DNA from: Octopus sinensis
Taxonomy: Eukaryota
Direction of reading: 5' to 3'
NCBI RefSeq assembly: GCF_006345805.1
Contig: NC_042999.1
Span: 95,108,001 to 95,172,000, forward strand
DNA length: 64,000 nt
Shown: piece after piece, positions 13,601 through 27,336 of the stretch
How the letters are laid out: the number at the start of each line of letters is the position of its first letter
Position numbering within the stretch: position 1 is the stretch's first letter
Notes under the pieces: generated by a model
What the model was told of the DNA's origin: nothing
Seen by the model: only the letters and a program-made list of their open reading frames with translations
The model's database searches: none
Translations under genes and position numbers: made by a program

Positions 13601-14419
13601 TTTCTAAACTAATATTCCTGATAGATTTTAGAAATAATGTTGTTTATTACTCTTTAGCTATTGGTTATTTATGCATACAGTACTGAATTGTCATACTATG
13701 TATATATATATATATATACGTAATTGCCATTATATATACATATGTAAATGTGTGTGTGTGTATGTGTAAATACACATACATGGTGCTCCAGCATAGCCAC
13801 AGCCTTTGGGCTGAAATGTATAAAAGAATAAAAAAGATATATATATATATACATATGCATGTATGTAAATATGTATTATTGATAAATGATCAACAGATTT
13901 ATAATTAAATTTGTCACTTTATTTACTTTTTACAAATATCTAACATTTAGTAATGTTTGTATAATAAATTTCATCTGTAAATATTTAATTTATACCTATT
14001 TTGAGAGCAGAGCTAGCAGTAATAATAACATAACTGACAAATAGTTGTGACAGTAGTGTTTCACACTTCCTTACTGGCACTATGTTGTTTCTATAGCCAA
14101 GACACTTAGCAGTCAACTGATTCACTCTGTAAATAATTACAAGGCATTTATCAACAAGAGAAACTTGCACAAGTTGCTGCAGTGTTCATTGGAACTCAGA
14201 AACAAGTGGTTGCAAAGCAATTCCTTATCTACACATCCATATCTACACCCACATTGAGTTCACTTTTACTTTATTGCATAAATAGATATAGTATGACAAC
14301 ATCATTATTTTTGCACCCACTTTTCCATGCTGATATTGGTTTGACAAAACTTATCGAAGCAGATTTTTAATTAATGGCTTATCTTCTAGTTATAGAGAAT
14401 AATTATATTTATCCATCAT

Positions 14420-14660
14420 CATCATCCTTATTATCATCATTTAACATTCATGTTCCATGCTGGTATGAGTTGGATGGCTCACCAAGTATTCAATGGGTAC
14501 CAGGACCACACCATGCTCCAGTGTGTGCTTTGACATGGTTTCTGCATTTGGATACCCTTCCTAATGTCAACCATTTCACAGTGCATACTGGGTGCTGTGT
14601 TCGTTCCACTGGCACTACTGAGGTCCCCATATAGTGCACAAGTCTACAAAATCCCATGGC
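14420..14660 (-). mobile_element. RTE LINE 3'-end fragment
   Basis: catcatttaacattcatgttccatgctggtatgagttggatgg...ggatacccttcctaatgtcaacca. Confidence 0.8.
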
Positions 14661-15004
14661 AAGCAGGATGCATCCTTATATTAGAAAACGATCAAGGTAT
14701 GAGAGAAAAGGTTTGTGCTGGCAGTGGTAGCTGCAGCTGGTGGTGGTGGTTTTACTGCTAATAATATCACTTACTTTTGAAAGGAGCCAACAAATTTAAT
14801 TAACGTTAGAAAGGGTGGAATATAACAGCAATCAACTTTGCTGACAGGTCAAACTCTGTGAAGAACAATTTTCGTATTTTATCTTTCAGTAAGATAAAGA
14901 TAAGTCAATAAAAATAAGTACCAGTAATATACTCAGGAGAAATCAGCCCAGTAAATAATCTTGCAGCAAAGTCTAACTTTGCTCTTAATCAAAAGAAAAT
15001 CAAT

Positions 15005-15107
15005 AGCAGTAGCAGCAGCAGCAGCAGCAGCATAAGCAGCAGCAACACCAGCAGTAGCAGCAGCAGTAATGGTGGTGGTGGTGGTGGTGGTGGTGGTGGT
15101 AGTGGTG

Positions 15108-15151
<44 letters not shown>

Positions 15152-16460
15152 TGTTGTCGTCTCAAAAAAATTGTTGCTGTAGCAAGACCAAAAGCAGCAG
15201 TGATACAACAGAATTAATTAATCGTTTAAAATCTATGACATAATTACAAAGCCCATGATAACTGTAGCAACAAGTTCACATCTGATAACTTAACAAGGTT
15301 TTATCTAAAATTTTTGTATTTATTTCATCTATTTTACTCTACATTAGCAGTTAAGGTTCATTCCAATATGTCTCTATGGTGTAGTATTTTTCTTTTGTTT
15401 TTGTTTATATTTATTCATTTATCTTTTACTGTTGCTTTGTGATAAACATAACACTACTGAGAGAAAGCTCCAGGCATTCATTACCATTGGTGTAATGCTG
15501 TTGTTTTTTAGTGCTCTTGAAAATTAAAGGCAGAAAAGGAAATGTTCATTAGAATCATACATGTACACACGCACACATGTATGTGTCTCTGTGCTTGCAT
15601 GCATGTGTACATGTATGTGTAAATATATGTATATATGTGTGTCATATACATTATATATATGTGTGAGTGTGTGTGTGTGTATGTATGCATTTATACACTC
15701 ATAAACATATTTATACATGCATACATACAAATACAGACATGTAGGCATACACACACATGCATTCATATACATATGTATACATACATACATATATTTGCAT
15801 ATTCCTGTACATATTCGTATATATTTCTCAGCTATTTTAACTTTACGCTTTTTCAACACATCAGAATATTTGTTTAATGTTTCAAGGTGGTAGTTGTGAT
15901 AGTGGTGGTGGTGGTGGTGATGGTGGTGGTGTTGGTTGTGGTTGTGGTGGTGGTTGTGGTTGTGGTGGTTGTGGTTGTGGTGGTGGTGGTGGTGGTAAAA
16001 TGAAGATCGCAGAGGTGGTGGCAGTGGCGGCAATTGCAGTAGTGGTGGCTGCAGTAGACGCAGCATGAAAGCAGTGGCAGCTGGGTCAGTGGTGGTGGTG
16101 GTGACAGCAACAGTGGCGCTAGTAGCGGAGGCGGCAGCAAGCAACAGCAGCACCAGCAACGGCAGTGGCAGCAGTGACGGTGGTGGTGGTGGTGGCGGCG
16201 GCGGTGGTGGTGGTAGGTAGCTGATGTGATAGCAATTAATGTAATCTTCATAAATATTATCATAGATATCAATATTATCAGTGGAAGCAGCAACAACATT
16301 GTCAACATCATGTACAGTAATTATTGCTAGAAATAGTTGTAAAAATCTGACATCATCATCATTATTATTATTATTATTATTATCATTACTATTATAGTTA
16401 TCATTATTATTATCATTATTATTATTATTATCATTATTATTATTATTATTATTATTGTTA
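15005..16460. repeat. Compound microsatellite field: (GCA)n, (GGT)n, (AGT)n, RY-alternating tract, (GTG/GCA) cryptic repeat, (ATT)n
   Basis: Seen directly; explains the poly-T, poly-H and poly-G ORFs at 14933-16311. Confidence 0.95.
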
Positions 16461-16932
16461 TTATTAATTTAAGGGTCATTAACTAATAAGTATTTAAATC
16501 ATTGTGGAAATCAGATTTCAGATTAATTGAATGTTATTGATTAAATTGCAACATGGTTATTCTTACAGACAAGTTATTAGTGAAGGTGTAGCATACCTTT
16601 CATTCACACTTCCTGTTTCTCTACCAATAAGTATGTGTGTTTATATGCAAATATACTGAGAATTAAATGCAGACAAACCTACATTTTAATGCATAAAGAT
16701 ATATGTACGCACATTTATATTCATTTGCGTATCTACCTGCACTGGGTGTAGTAATATCATTTATTTCTTGTATATAAAGATGTTTTTATTTAAACCATAT
16801 GTTTCTAGAATATATTCATTTAGTGCTTTAAATTCACACTCATTAATCTATTTATCTATCTGTGTGTGTGTATATATATATATATAGTAACAACTACAGC
16901 ATTAGACCAAGAAAACACCCACTCAAGAAAGA

Positions 16933-16974
<42 letters not shown>

Positions 16975-16996
16975 CATGAAAGACGCCTGAAAAGCA

Positions 16997-17204
16997 TCCA
17001 TCTGGACTTGTTGGTTGCACACCTATGGCATCATGCATGTATAACTTATAAATATGGTTATTACATAAGTTATAGCCATCTTGAAACAGCTGTCAGGAGA
17101 GGATTTTACATTATTTTTCTTTATTTTATAATCTGAGTTTTTGCTCCATGTAAATTTGTCTCAAGCCTAATTGTGTTTATCTCCCTAACTACATCTCTCT
17201 CTTT
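16997..17204 (+). repeat. 208-bp exact direct duplicate of 17718-17925, embedded in (TA)n
   Basis: Base-by-base comparison from tccatctggacttg to acatctctctcttt; no mismatch found. Confidence 0.95.
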
Positions 17205-17206
17205 GT

Positions 17207-17251
<45 letters not shown>

Positions 17252-17434
17252 ACACACATGTGGATATATATTATACATATAGAGAGAGAGGGAGTGTAAG
17301 TAGGTGAAAGCAAAAGAAGCTCAATATACAATAGATAACACAAAGCAGTGTTCAAATGGAAATGAATTTCAACTTCATTTTCTTCACTCGGGGCCAGCAT
17401 CTCACATCAAAAGATAACTATAAGAGCTGCTATG

Positions 17435-17918
17435 GAGGTGGTAAATGAGATTAACACAGGTTTGAAACACGTATTTACATGGAGCACAAAATGTACCTGA
17501 TAAAATGAAAAAGGCATGTAAAATCTTATCTTAACAGCTGTTTCAAGATAGTTGTAATTTATGTAATAACCATATTTATACGTAATATGTGCTTAATATG
17601 TTAGAGGCGTGCAACCAGTAACAAGTCCAGGTAAAATTGTTAAAGCTAGGTCACTCTTTACAAGAGCAGAATGGCCATGCTACTTTTGTAAAGGGTAGCC
17701 TTACTTACTCTAACGATTCCATCTGGACTTGTTGGTTGCACACCTATGGCATCATGCATGTATAACTTATAAATATGGTTATTACATAAGTTATAGCCAT
17801 CTTGAAACAGCTGTCAGGAGAGGATTTTACATTATTTTTCTTTATTTTATAATCTGAGTTTTTGCTCCATGTAAATTTGTCTCAAGCCTAATTGTGTTTA
17901 TCTCCCTAACTACATCTC
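17435..17918. mobile_element. Foldback/MITE with about 200-bp imperfect inverted arms and about 85-bp spacer
   Basis: Left arm blocks atttacatggagca, aacagctgtttcaagat, tatgtaataaccatatttata and aacaagtccag each have reverse complements, in mirror order, in 17722-17918. Confidence 0.8.
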
Positions 17919-18023
17919 TCTCTTTCTTTTTCTCTCTCTCCTCTCTTGCTCTATCTCTTTCTCTACATATATATATGTATGTGTGTATGTATATATATAT
18001 ATATATGTGTGTGTGTTTGTATG

Positions 18024-18065
<42 letters not shown>

Positions 18066-18766
18066 AATAAAACAGGATTTGGGTTTAAAGTGAAGGTATC
18101 CAGGTAAAAATAATTGTGCATATCAGGTAAAAACACAAGCATTTACACAATAGACCACTACACAGGCATCTCTGAAGACAGCTTTCAACCACAAATCCAG
18201 ACAAAACAAATTCAATGCTTTTCAGGCATGTAGACAAAAACATAAGACAACGTTGATTACTCTGCTTCAAAAAGGGATCTAAATGAGTTAAATTGTTTGT
18301 ATGGTATTTTAGTTTATAGGACTAAGCTGATGAATTAACAGAGTTGTCAGGGCATCTTACTGAATGTTGCATGGGATTTTTTGTGACATTTTATTTCTGA
18401 AATCAACTTTAATTTCATTTTTCAAGGCTGATGAAGAAAGACAACCTGCACCAAGGTAGTGGATTAATGGAATTATTAGAATGTCAAACTAAGATGTCTT
18501 GTGATATTTGTTCAGATGCTCTGACAAATTCTACCTTGCTTCCTAAAAGCACTTACACCAGTCTGCAGGTCTAATGTGATAAGTAAGACAAATCTGTGAA
18601 TCAAAGTCCAGCACTAAACAACCAAATAAATGGTTGGGATTAAGTGAATATTTAGAAAGGGAGTCCTTCTGCTAGTGATCTGTGCCCTGGTAAATATATG
18701 TATTTTAGTCAACCTTAAACAACACAGGAAGAAAATAAATAGTTAATTCCATAAAGTCTTCTAAGT

Positions 18767-18985
18767 CTGTCCTACTCAACAAGGTGGTCCGCGGACCAGT
18801 GTCGCTCCACGAGCCATCAGCTGTCAGTACATGGCAAGTTTCCAGAAAAGAAAACAATAATAGCATAATTTCAGTAATTCTGCCTTATGCTCTGCAGTAA
18901 ACAACTTATCAGCTTATGTAAAATTGTATTATTTGTTTACAAAATAAATATAAGATAAAAAATTGTCAACTTTTATTATATTCAT

Positions 18986-19026
<41 letters not shown>

Positions 19027-19125
19027 TCTGGTATAAATTAATATCACTAAGAAATATTACCAGTGCATGGCACATTGGTAAAAAATAATGGCTAGTACAC
19101 CACATGAGATAGTTTGAGAAGCCCT
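18767..19125. mobile_element. hAT (Charlie-type) non-autonomous element
   Basis: Ends ctgtcctactcaac / gtttgagaagccctg resemble the CAG.G.T.CTCAA hAT TIR. 8-bp flanks ttctaagt and ctctaggt fit the nTCTAGAn target. Confidence 0.65.
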
Positions 19126-19307
19126 GCTCTAGGTGATTAATTAAAAGCCTGCTGAGTCACTGCTGAGAAAGCTCTCTCATTGTCTCAAGATCTTTGTGGT
19201 TCTAGATGTTGTCACTTAGTCACAGGCCAAGCCTGGCTAAGCAAACCTCTGATCAAAAGTGCTACCACCATGAACATCCCATCTTTATTCTCATGTTTTA
19301 CGTATCT

Positions 19308-19590
19308 CATCATCATCGTCGTCGTTTAACGTCCACTTTCCATGCTGGCATGGGTTGGATGGTTTGACTGAGAACTGGTAAGTCAGAAGGCTGTACCAGG
19401 CTCCAATCTGATCTGGCAAGGTTTCTACAGTTGGATGCCATTCCTAATGCCAACCACTCTGAGAGTGTAGTGGGTGCTTTTTACATGCCACCGGCACAAG
19501 GGCCAGTCAGGTGGTACTGGCATCAACCAAATTTAAATGGTGCTTTTTATGTGCCACCGGCACAGGAGTTAGTCAGGCAGCACTGGCAAT
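19308..19590 (-). mobile_element. RTE LINE 3'-end fragment
   Basis: catcatcatcgtcgtcgtttaacgtccactttccatgctggcatgggttgga matches the 41979 copy. Confidence 0.92.
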
Positions 19591-20690
19591 GACCACACTA
19601 ATACTACATTATCTAGTGTAATCTTAAATGTAATCTTATTCTTAAGAACATAGATGTGATTTAAGGAAAATCTGGCTGCTATTTTTCTTGTAGGTCAAGT
19701 GAGAATGTAATGACTAGTTAGCTAGCAACCTTCATGTTTCTCACAGCAGCTGGAATGACCAAGAATATTGTGTATGATAGTAAACAAAAGGGAAATAACT
19801 ATTCTTGCCTTGCAGGGAACAAATCTTTTAGAATATTCATGTCATGATAAAAATACAATTATACATAAAACACAAATTTCCCCTAAATTTCTGAAAGCTA
19901 AATACCACCATACTGTGTTTTATTTTCCCTTCCAAAATATTTGAAAATGAAAACATATTGATTTTTATTTGTTCTGACAGTGATCAGGAGTTGTGATGCT
20001 GGTACTGTGTCTCTGTGTGTATTAATAGCTCTGATAAACAACAAGTCTTGAAGACATTGTATGTATTCATTCTGTAGTTGTGCTTATATACAATGTATAA
20101 ATATGTATGTACATTGTGTGTGAATATGTGTGTCTAACACAGAATCTTTGTGTCTCTTGTATATTAGAATACTTTGTGGCTTGGTAGAACCACTGAAGCA
20201 TCAAACAAAATACTAAGTAGTATTTGTTCTGGCTCTTTACATTTTGAGCTCAAGTACCATTGGGTCATTTATGTCTTTTATATTTCGAGGATTGATAAAA
20301 TAAAGTCCCAGATCATGATGGAGAATTGACAGAATATGTGAAAATGTTTTTGCAGTATTTATTTCAGTTCTGTACATTATCTTTTATTTGTTTTAGTCAT
20401 TGGACTTAGGCCATGCTGGGGCACTGCTTTGAAGAGCTTCATTGAACAAATCGACACCTGCACTTATTTTTTTAAAAGTCTGGTACTTATTCTATCAATC
20501 ACTAGATGCAAAACCACTAAGTTGGAAGGATGTAAACAAACCAACACTGGTTGTCAAGTAGTAGTGATGGTCAAGCACAGCACTAATATACACACAAACA
20601 CACACACATACATATATACATACACACACACACATATATAGATATATATAGATGTATATATAAATATATATATGTATATGTATGCATATG

Positions 20691-20729
<39 letters not shown>

Positions 20730-20924
20730 GTATGTATGTATATAATTATATATATATATCCTTTAAGTTTGTTTACAATAAACGTTTTGAATATGCATAT
20801 AAAAGCCTTTATTTTATTATGCTGGTACAGCCTAATGATATCTACTGGCAATAATAGTTTTTGGGGATTCCAATGAGCTGTGCTGATATAATGTAGGATA
20901 AATATAGTAATAATAATAATAATC

Positions 20925-21600
20925 CATGGGTGGAATTTATAAACATTTTAATGCATCACTACGTTTCTTAAGATCATAGCCAGTATTCCAGGGCTGATTA
21001 CTATACAGTTTGTAATATCTATGGACATCAGGCAGATCATATTCATGAGTCTAAATTCCTCTCTAAACAGAATAAAATTGGTGATAGCAAAACATGAAGC
21101 TATTATTACTCTTCTAAAAGATCACAAATCCAATTTGAGTAATAAGCCTAGTTGTAGACTTTTAAACCCAACAACCCTGAAGCTTGCCCACTTGAGCAGG
21201 CATGTAATGATAAACTCCATCATATACAAGACTGAAGTTATAGCTCCAAGACAAATCAATTGAAAAGAAGAATTACATTAGGTTGTATGAGGGTGAATTG
21301 AAGAGACATTATGAAAACCACCTATCTTCTTTCTGGCACATTGATAAAAGTAATGCAACTAAGTTGGCTAGCCACATGGAATTTGAAGAGCTGCTCCACA
21401 CCACATACAGTTAGGTGGAGAATAGTGGAGAAATCCAAGCCATATGTTAATGGATCTAAGAAATGTAATTTATGCATAACAGAAAGATCTCATGTTCTTC
21501 TTTGATCCAGCAATTCCAATACACTGCTTAATTCCAGATCTGAAAGTTTTAGCAGGTAGAGACACAGAGAGAGGTTTCTTTTATAAAATTGAAGGGCACC
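20925..21600 (+). mobile_element. Penelope-like retroelement remnant (RT N-terminal scrap plus GIY-YIG endonuclease), internally deleted
   Basis: KHEAIITLLKDHKSNLSNKPSCRLLNP; SIIYKTEV; YIRLYEGELKRHYENHLSSFWHIDKSNATKLASH; VRWRIVEKSKPYVNGSKKCNLCITE. Confidence 0.85.
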
Positions 21601-21689
21601 ATCTGCTTCAGACTGAGTTGCTGTCTTGCCTACTTTGACATATTTTTTATTTTGTTCTAAACCAGTTACATTTAATGAGGCAATCATGA

Positions 21690-22055
21690 AATTTAGTGGG
21701 AGGGGGCCAGTGAATTAGACTGACCACAGTACACAACTGGTACTTAATTTATTGACCCTGAAAGGAAGAAAGGCAAAGTTGACCTTGGCAGAATTTGTAC
21801 TCAGAAAATAAAGACAGACAAAATACCTACTTCTTTACAACCCACAAGGGGCTAAACACAGAGGGGACAAACAAGGACAAACAAATGGATTAAGTCGATC
21901 ACATCGACCCCAGTGCATAACTGGTACTTATTTAATCAACCCCGAAAGGATGAAAGGCAAAGTCGACCTCAGCGGCATTTCAACTCAGAACGTAGAGGCA
22001 GACGAAATACCGCTGAGCATTTCACCCAGTGTGCTAACGATTCTGCCAGCTCACT
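21690..22055 (-). mobile_element. Two tandem/nested SINE family A copies
   Basis: Core actggtactt...gaaaggcaaagt.gacc...actcagaa occurs at about 21735 and 21920. Confidence 0.88.
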
Positions 22056-22314
22056 GACTTGTTTGTTTGTGCACAAACACAAGGAATGCAGCTCGGATAA
22101 AGGACAGAGGCAAAGACTACTGAAAAGGTTGCAAGACACAACGAAAATTATAGAAAAAATCAATAAGTAAATGAGTGGAAACTGAAGCGGTGAGTGTGTT
22201 AAATAATAAGGCACTTAAAGAGAATACTCTCCCAAGACACAACAAAATATACTTCAACACACAAACTGACATAAAGAATCTTGCAAACCAAATCCAAATA
22301 TATATATATATGTG

Positions 22315-22631
22315 AAGGTGCATGGCTTTGTGGTTAGGGCATTCAGCACATGATCGTAAGGCATGAGTTCAAATCCCAGTGATGCATTGTGTCCTTGAGC
22401 AATCCACTTTATTTCATGTTGCTCCAGTCCACTCAGCTGGCAAAATTGAGTAGTACATGTATTTCAAAGGGCCAGTCTTGTTACACTCTGTGTCATGTTG
22501 AATCTTCTTGAGGACTATGTTAAGACTACACGTGTCTGGAGTGCTCAGCCACTTGCACGTTAATTTCATGAGCAAGCTGTTCTGTTGATCGTATCAGCTG
22601 GGACCCTCATCATCATAACTGATGGAGTGCT

Positions 22632-22632
<1 letters not shown>
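22315..22632 (+). mobile_element. Third tRNA-derived SINE family
   Basis: tggctttgtggttagg (A box), gagttcaaatccc (B box), gtgtccttgagcaa, ttgctccagtccactcagctg. Related pieces at about 53160-53260 and 56850-57100. Confidence 0.7.
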
Positions 22633-22683
<51 letters not shown>

Positions 22684-22782
22684 CAAAATAAGCAACATTT
22701 GATTTATATGGATAATACCATACCAAATTCTGGTGCCCTTAACTTAAATACCATATTCATCTGAATCTAAATTTTTGCTGAA

Positions 22783-22829
<47 letters not shown>

Positions 22830-23690
22830 GTATATAATGAGAGAGGGAGAGAGAGAGGTGGAAGGGAGGGAGAGAGAGAGATAATGATGCAAATAAACAC
22901 ACTTGGACTTAATGTATAAAATGTGCAAACATTCATATACATATAAATAAATATAAGGATATATAGAGTGAGAAACAAAACCTTAAAGTGTTCAGAAGAT
23001 GAATATCCGTGTATAAGAATGCGGATATTTATATATTTACAGAACAAATTTACACAAAGTACAAAAGATAAAGAAAACTAAGGGAAGAGGGCATAGTATT
23101 TCAAGTCCAACAGTTGTTTCAGCTGTTACATAATAGTTGTATTGATAGCAGATGGAGTGTGCAAAACATCAAGGATATGTAACCATTAATGGATGCATAT
23201 AAACATTACCGTAAAGTTGGGCTCCATCATCAGGGAGGAGAGGTATGTGTGTGCATGTATGTATAAATATATATATATATATATATATATAAATTCACAC
23301 ACACACATGCACACACTGATACATAGGTAGATAGATATGTATGTAAAACAGATATTAACACATACACACACATACATATGTATATGTGTATGTGTTTATG
23401 TATCCATGCATGTATTACTATATATATATAATGTATGTATGTGTGAGTGTGTGTGTGTGAGTATGTGTGTGTCTCTGTGTGTATGTGTGTTAATATATAC
23501 ATATTTATATAAACATATATCTAACATTACTTTATATATTAAGATATAGTTCTGAGATTGACTTAATTCTATTATATACAAATACATGAAGCATTCTAAG
23601 TAAACCTTTAAAATATTCTCATTATAGTTTGTAGACATTTATTTCTTTTGTGTGTGTGTGTGTGTGTGTGAATATATGTGTGTCTGCATA

Positions 23691-23739
<49 letters not shown>

Positions 23740-24029
23740 GTATGAATGGAGGTATGTATGTATATACATATACATACATACATATATATGTGACTGTGTG
23801 TATGTACACAGACATTGATAAATGTGTGCATATATATATGTGTGTGTGTGTGTGTTTATATATGTATGCATACACACACACACATGTATATATATATATA
23901 CAAATTCATATACATATGTGTATGTGGGTATATATTTTTTTAAATGTGTGAGTTGGCTACAAGTCAACTAACACACATCAGTTTCACTCTAAGCTAAATT
24001 CATCAAAGTAGAAACATCAATGCTGAAAG

Positions 24030-24420
24030 TTACCTCACACAGATTATACTGAGTGGTGGTGGAGGTGGTGGCGGTGGCAGTGAGGGCTGATGGAGTAGAT
24101 GAGGTGTATTTGTAAGCAACATCATTTATTATCATCATCATCGTTGTCGTCATCGTCATCAACTTCATCATCATCATCATCATCAACTTCATCATCATCA
24201 TCATCAACTTCACCATCATCATCATCAACTTCATCATCAACTTCATCATCACCATCACCATTATTTTTGATGTTGTCTTCATCATCATCATCAATGTAAT
24301 TTACCATTCCCATTATTGTAATTATCAGCATCCATACCAGCAGCAGCAATACCAATATCAATGGCACCAGAGATAGCAATAACATTTTCACCACTCTTAC
24401 CATCACTAGCACAATTTCTA
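24030..24420. repeat. (CAT)n-based compound repeat with catcatcaactt sub-unit
   Basis: Seen directly; gives the poly-M, poly-D and poly-S ORFs. Confidence 0.93.
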
Positions 24421-25859
24421 CCAACATAACACATTTTCATTCTTCATTACAAGCACTGGAACCACAAACCACTGAGGGTACCCTTTCACATTTACTCAGC
24501 CTGTTATAAAATTAGCAACTGAATTTCTCTGAAATTACTCTCTGCTGTAAAGGTAAAGCATATTCATAAATTCAATCTAAAAAACAATATGGCAGTATAC
24601 AAATGATCTGATGATCAGAGTTTGAATGTCAGTTAAAGGATATGTGAAGAGAGAATAACAGTTCCATAAAGTTAAGGCCAGTAATTCACTCTTCTTGTTA
24701 AATGGATAAGAGATAAATTTCGCTAAGATAGGATGTGGAACAGTTTTAGCTATTTCCCCAGCCAAGACTGTTTTTCTTTTACTTGTTGAGTTTGGGAGAA
24801 CAGGCATTGCCCATGACCTTCACAAACAATCCAAGAATAATGGGTTTGATGCTATTAATGGTTCATTTAAATTATTGAATATCAACACCCACAGGTAAAA
24901 CACAAGCAGCACTAAAATCATTACCTTTCAAAAACACCTGAAGTTCAAAATTGATAGCTATTTAAATCTCAGTACTTGACTGGTATTTTATCTTATCATC
25001 ACCAGAAGAATAAAAGGCAAAATTGATCCCAACAGAATTTGAATTTAGAATGTAAAGGATCATAACTAAATACTGCAAACATTTTGTCCAACGCTCTAAT
25101 AATAAGTGAGCCTACTCAGTGGTATAATAGGCACACATGGCTTGATATCATATCTATTCACAATCATAGCTGTGTAGTTCTGAAGCTCATCTTACAACCA
25201 TATGGATGTAATACATGCCAGTCTCATAATCAAAGCACAGACGTCTTCATCAAATTTTGAATAAATAAAAAATGAGGAATTTTAATTACTCCATACTATT
25301 GCTGTAATTGCTACCACAAAACATTCACACAGGCCAATATGGGAACTTTCCATAGCCATTTAATCTGGTAATTGTAACTACCAAATCTTCAAAAACTATC
25401 TACAGATTTTAAAACTAAAAGTACATAATTACAATCTTGCACATTCTAGATGTCATTTGAAGCACACAAACTCATCTTTCTTAAACACAGTTAAGCAGAT
25501 GAAGGAGCTTTTTTAACATAATTCAGTAATCTATTTTTTATAATTTAAGAATGCCTAAAATGATTATTGGCAATGAGAGCAGAATAAATTGAGAGAATAC
25601 TGTACTACAAGTAACGGGGTTAGTATTATTTCTCACGTGGTTAGGAACAAACATTTAACTCACAAGTTCACTGACTTGTTGATAAGTACTCACTGAGTGA
25701 TAGCTTATTACTGTAAGCAGTAGCAGCCTGCTAAATTACCAAGCACTTGATTAAGTTACAGCATCAAACCTCTTCCTGTGGATTTAGTGGTGTTTTGAAG
25801 CAGGTGGGCTATGTGTTATGGGTTAACTTATATAAATATACAGTGGTACTACAGAAAAC

Positions 25860-26275
25860 AATATACTTCTTTCTTTTATTCTTTTACTTAATTCAACCAT
25901 GGGATAGCAACCATAGCTAGGACATCCAAAGCTTAGTCAATTATATTGCTCCTCATTCTTATTTCAGTCTTGTATTTATTTTATCAATCTCTATTTGGAA
26001 TAGTTAAGTTACAGAATAGAAAGAGACCTACCACAACATCAGTTTTTAGATTAGTATAAATGTAAACACAGATATGGATAGCACATGCTTATATACAATT
26101 ATATACAATGGGCTTCTACACAATTTCCATATAGCAAATACCACTCATGAGATATTGATGAATACAAGGCTTATAGAAAAATGTTCAATGTGGCACACAG
26201 TAGACTTGAATCTGGAACCACATGATAGTTAAGTGAGCTTTTTAACTACACATCTATGTCTGTAACTAAATATCT
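25860..26275 (-). mobile_element. Decayed SINE family B copy
   Basis: Tail cttttcttttattcttttac at about 25870; head ttgaatctggaaccacatgatagttaagtgagctttttaactacaca at about 26205-26270. Confidence 0.7.
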
Positions 26276-27298
26276 TTATATCAAAGCATGGGTGGCTCAA
26301 GATATTTGATAAAGGAAATGAAGGTTCAACAACTTCTGAATGTCTAACTTGAGGAGGAATGAGATTAACTAGTTTCACTTGATTAAGACATGGGAATGAA
26401 GTCTTATGTAGCGCTTCTTCCACAAAAAGAATGTTACGGGGTTCACCAACAACAAAAAGACTATGTGTATTGTCTCTCCACCTCAGACTAATAAATAATA
26501 TATAATAAAATAGAAGGGAAATATTTATTGTAGAAAGCCGAAATAGAATAGCAGCAAAAGAAAGTAAGAAAAGTATTTAAAATCAACAGAAGTTTTCATT
26601 AGATGCTAATTGACACAGAACAAGTTATTACAGAAAAGGTTCTTATTTATATTGATTATGTAATGATTTGTAGTAAAGCCAGTGAGCTTTCTTGCAATAA
26701 ACTTTATAGATAGTAATATACGAAGCTAAGAAAGCTAAACAACTCAATTTCCTTCAAACAACATATCTTTTGCCAGATCAATGTCACTTTTCACCACATA
26801 TTCCTCGTGTCTATCGAATGTCATGTTATCTTCATGGAAACTTGCCATTATTAAAAGTACACAGTATGTTTCTTGTGTCTTCATGAAGAAATTGTAGTCT
26901 ACTACTTAGAGTGGAAGCATCGACTAAGAGATATTGATTCAAATATCACTTCCATTGAATATACATTGCTGAAGACTCCATTCAGTTAATATTAATGTAG
27001 TGAAGTCCATAGACCAAGAGACTAGTTTCTTAGGAGCCAACACTAAGTTTCAATTCTCAGTTGAAGCCATTGCACTTACTACTGGTAATGCTCTTAAAGA
27101 AACGAAATTTCTTCTTCTTTTAGAATACACAGCCAAATGTCTACTCAAAATTATATAAGGTTCATAAAATAATAAAAAAGACTGGGGAATGAACACAACA
27201 TTACATGCCCTACACTTTTTATCCCTCATAGATGCAAATATCCATCCATCCATCTATGCACACATACATGCATATATACACACACATACACACACACA

Positions 27299-27335
<37 letters not shown>

Positions 27336-27336
<1 letters not shown>

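Noticed and set aside
14933-16311. Long poly-His, poly-Thr and poly-Gly ORFs (up to 211 aa)
   Set aside because: Direct translations of (GGT)n, (AGT)n, (GCA)n and RY microsatellites.
18412-18570. Strong acceptor followed by a 45-codon frame
   Set aside because: Most of the frame overlaps a decayed SINE-A-like head; no good donor.
23989-24427. Poly-Met and poly-Asp ORFs (reflectin-like Met richness considered)
   Set aside because: A (CAT)n tract; no reflectin motif and no Tyr/Arg content.
24690-24894. + strand open frame ending cag|gtaaaa (…GIAHDLHKQSKNNGFDAINGSFKLLNINTH)
   Set aside because: No clear acceptor; the mirror frame on the other strand is also open; chaining with other candidates gave no recognisable protein.
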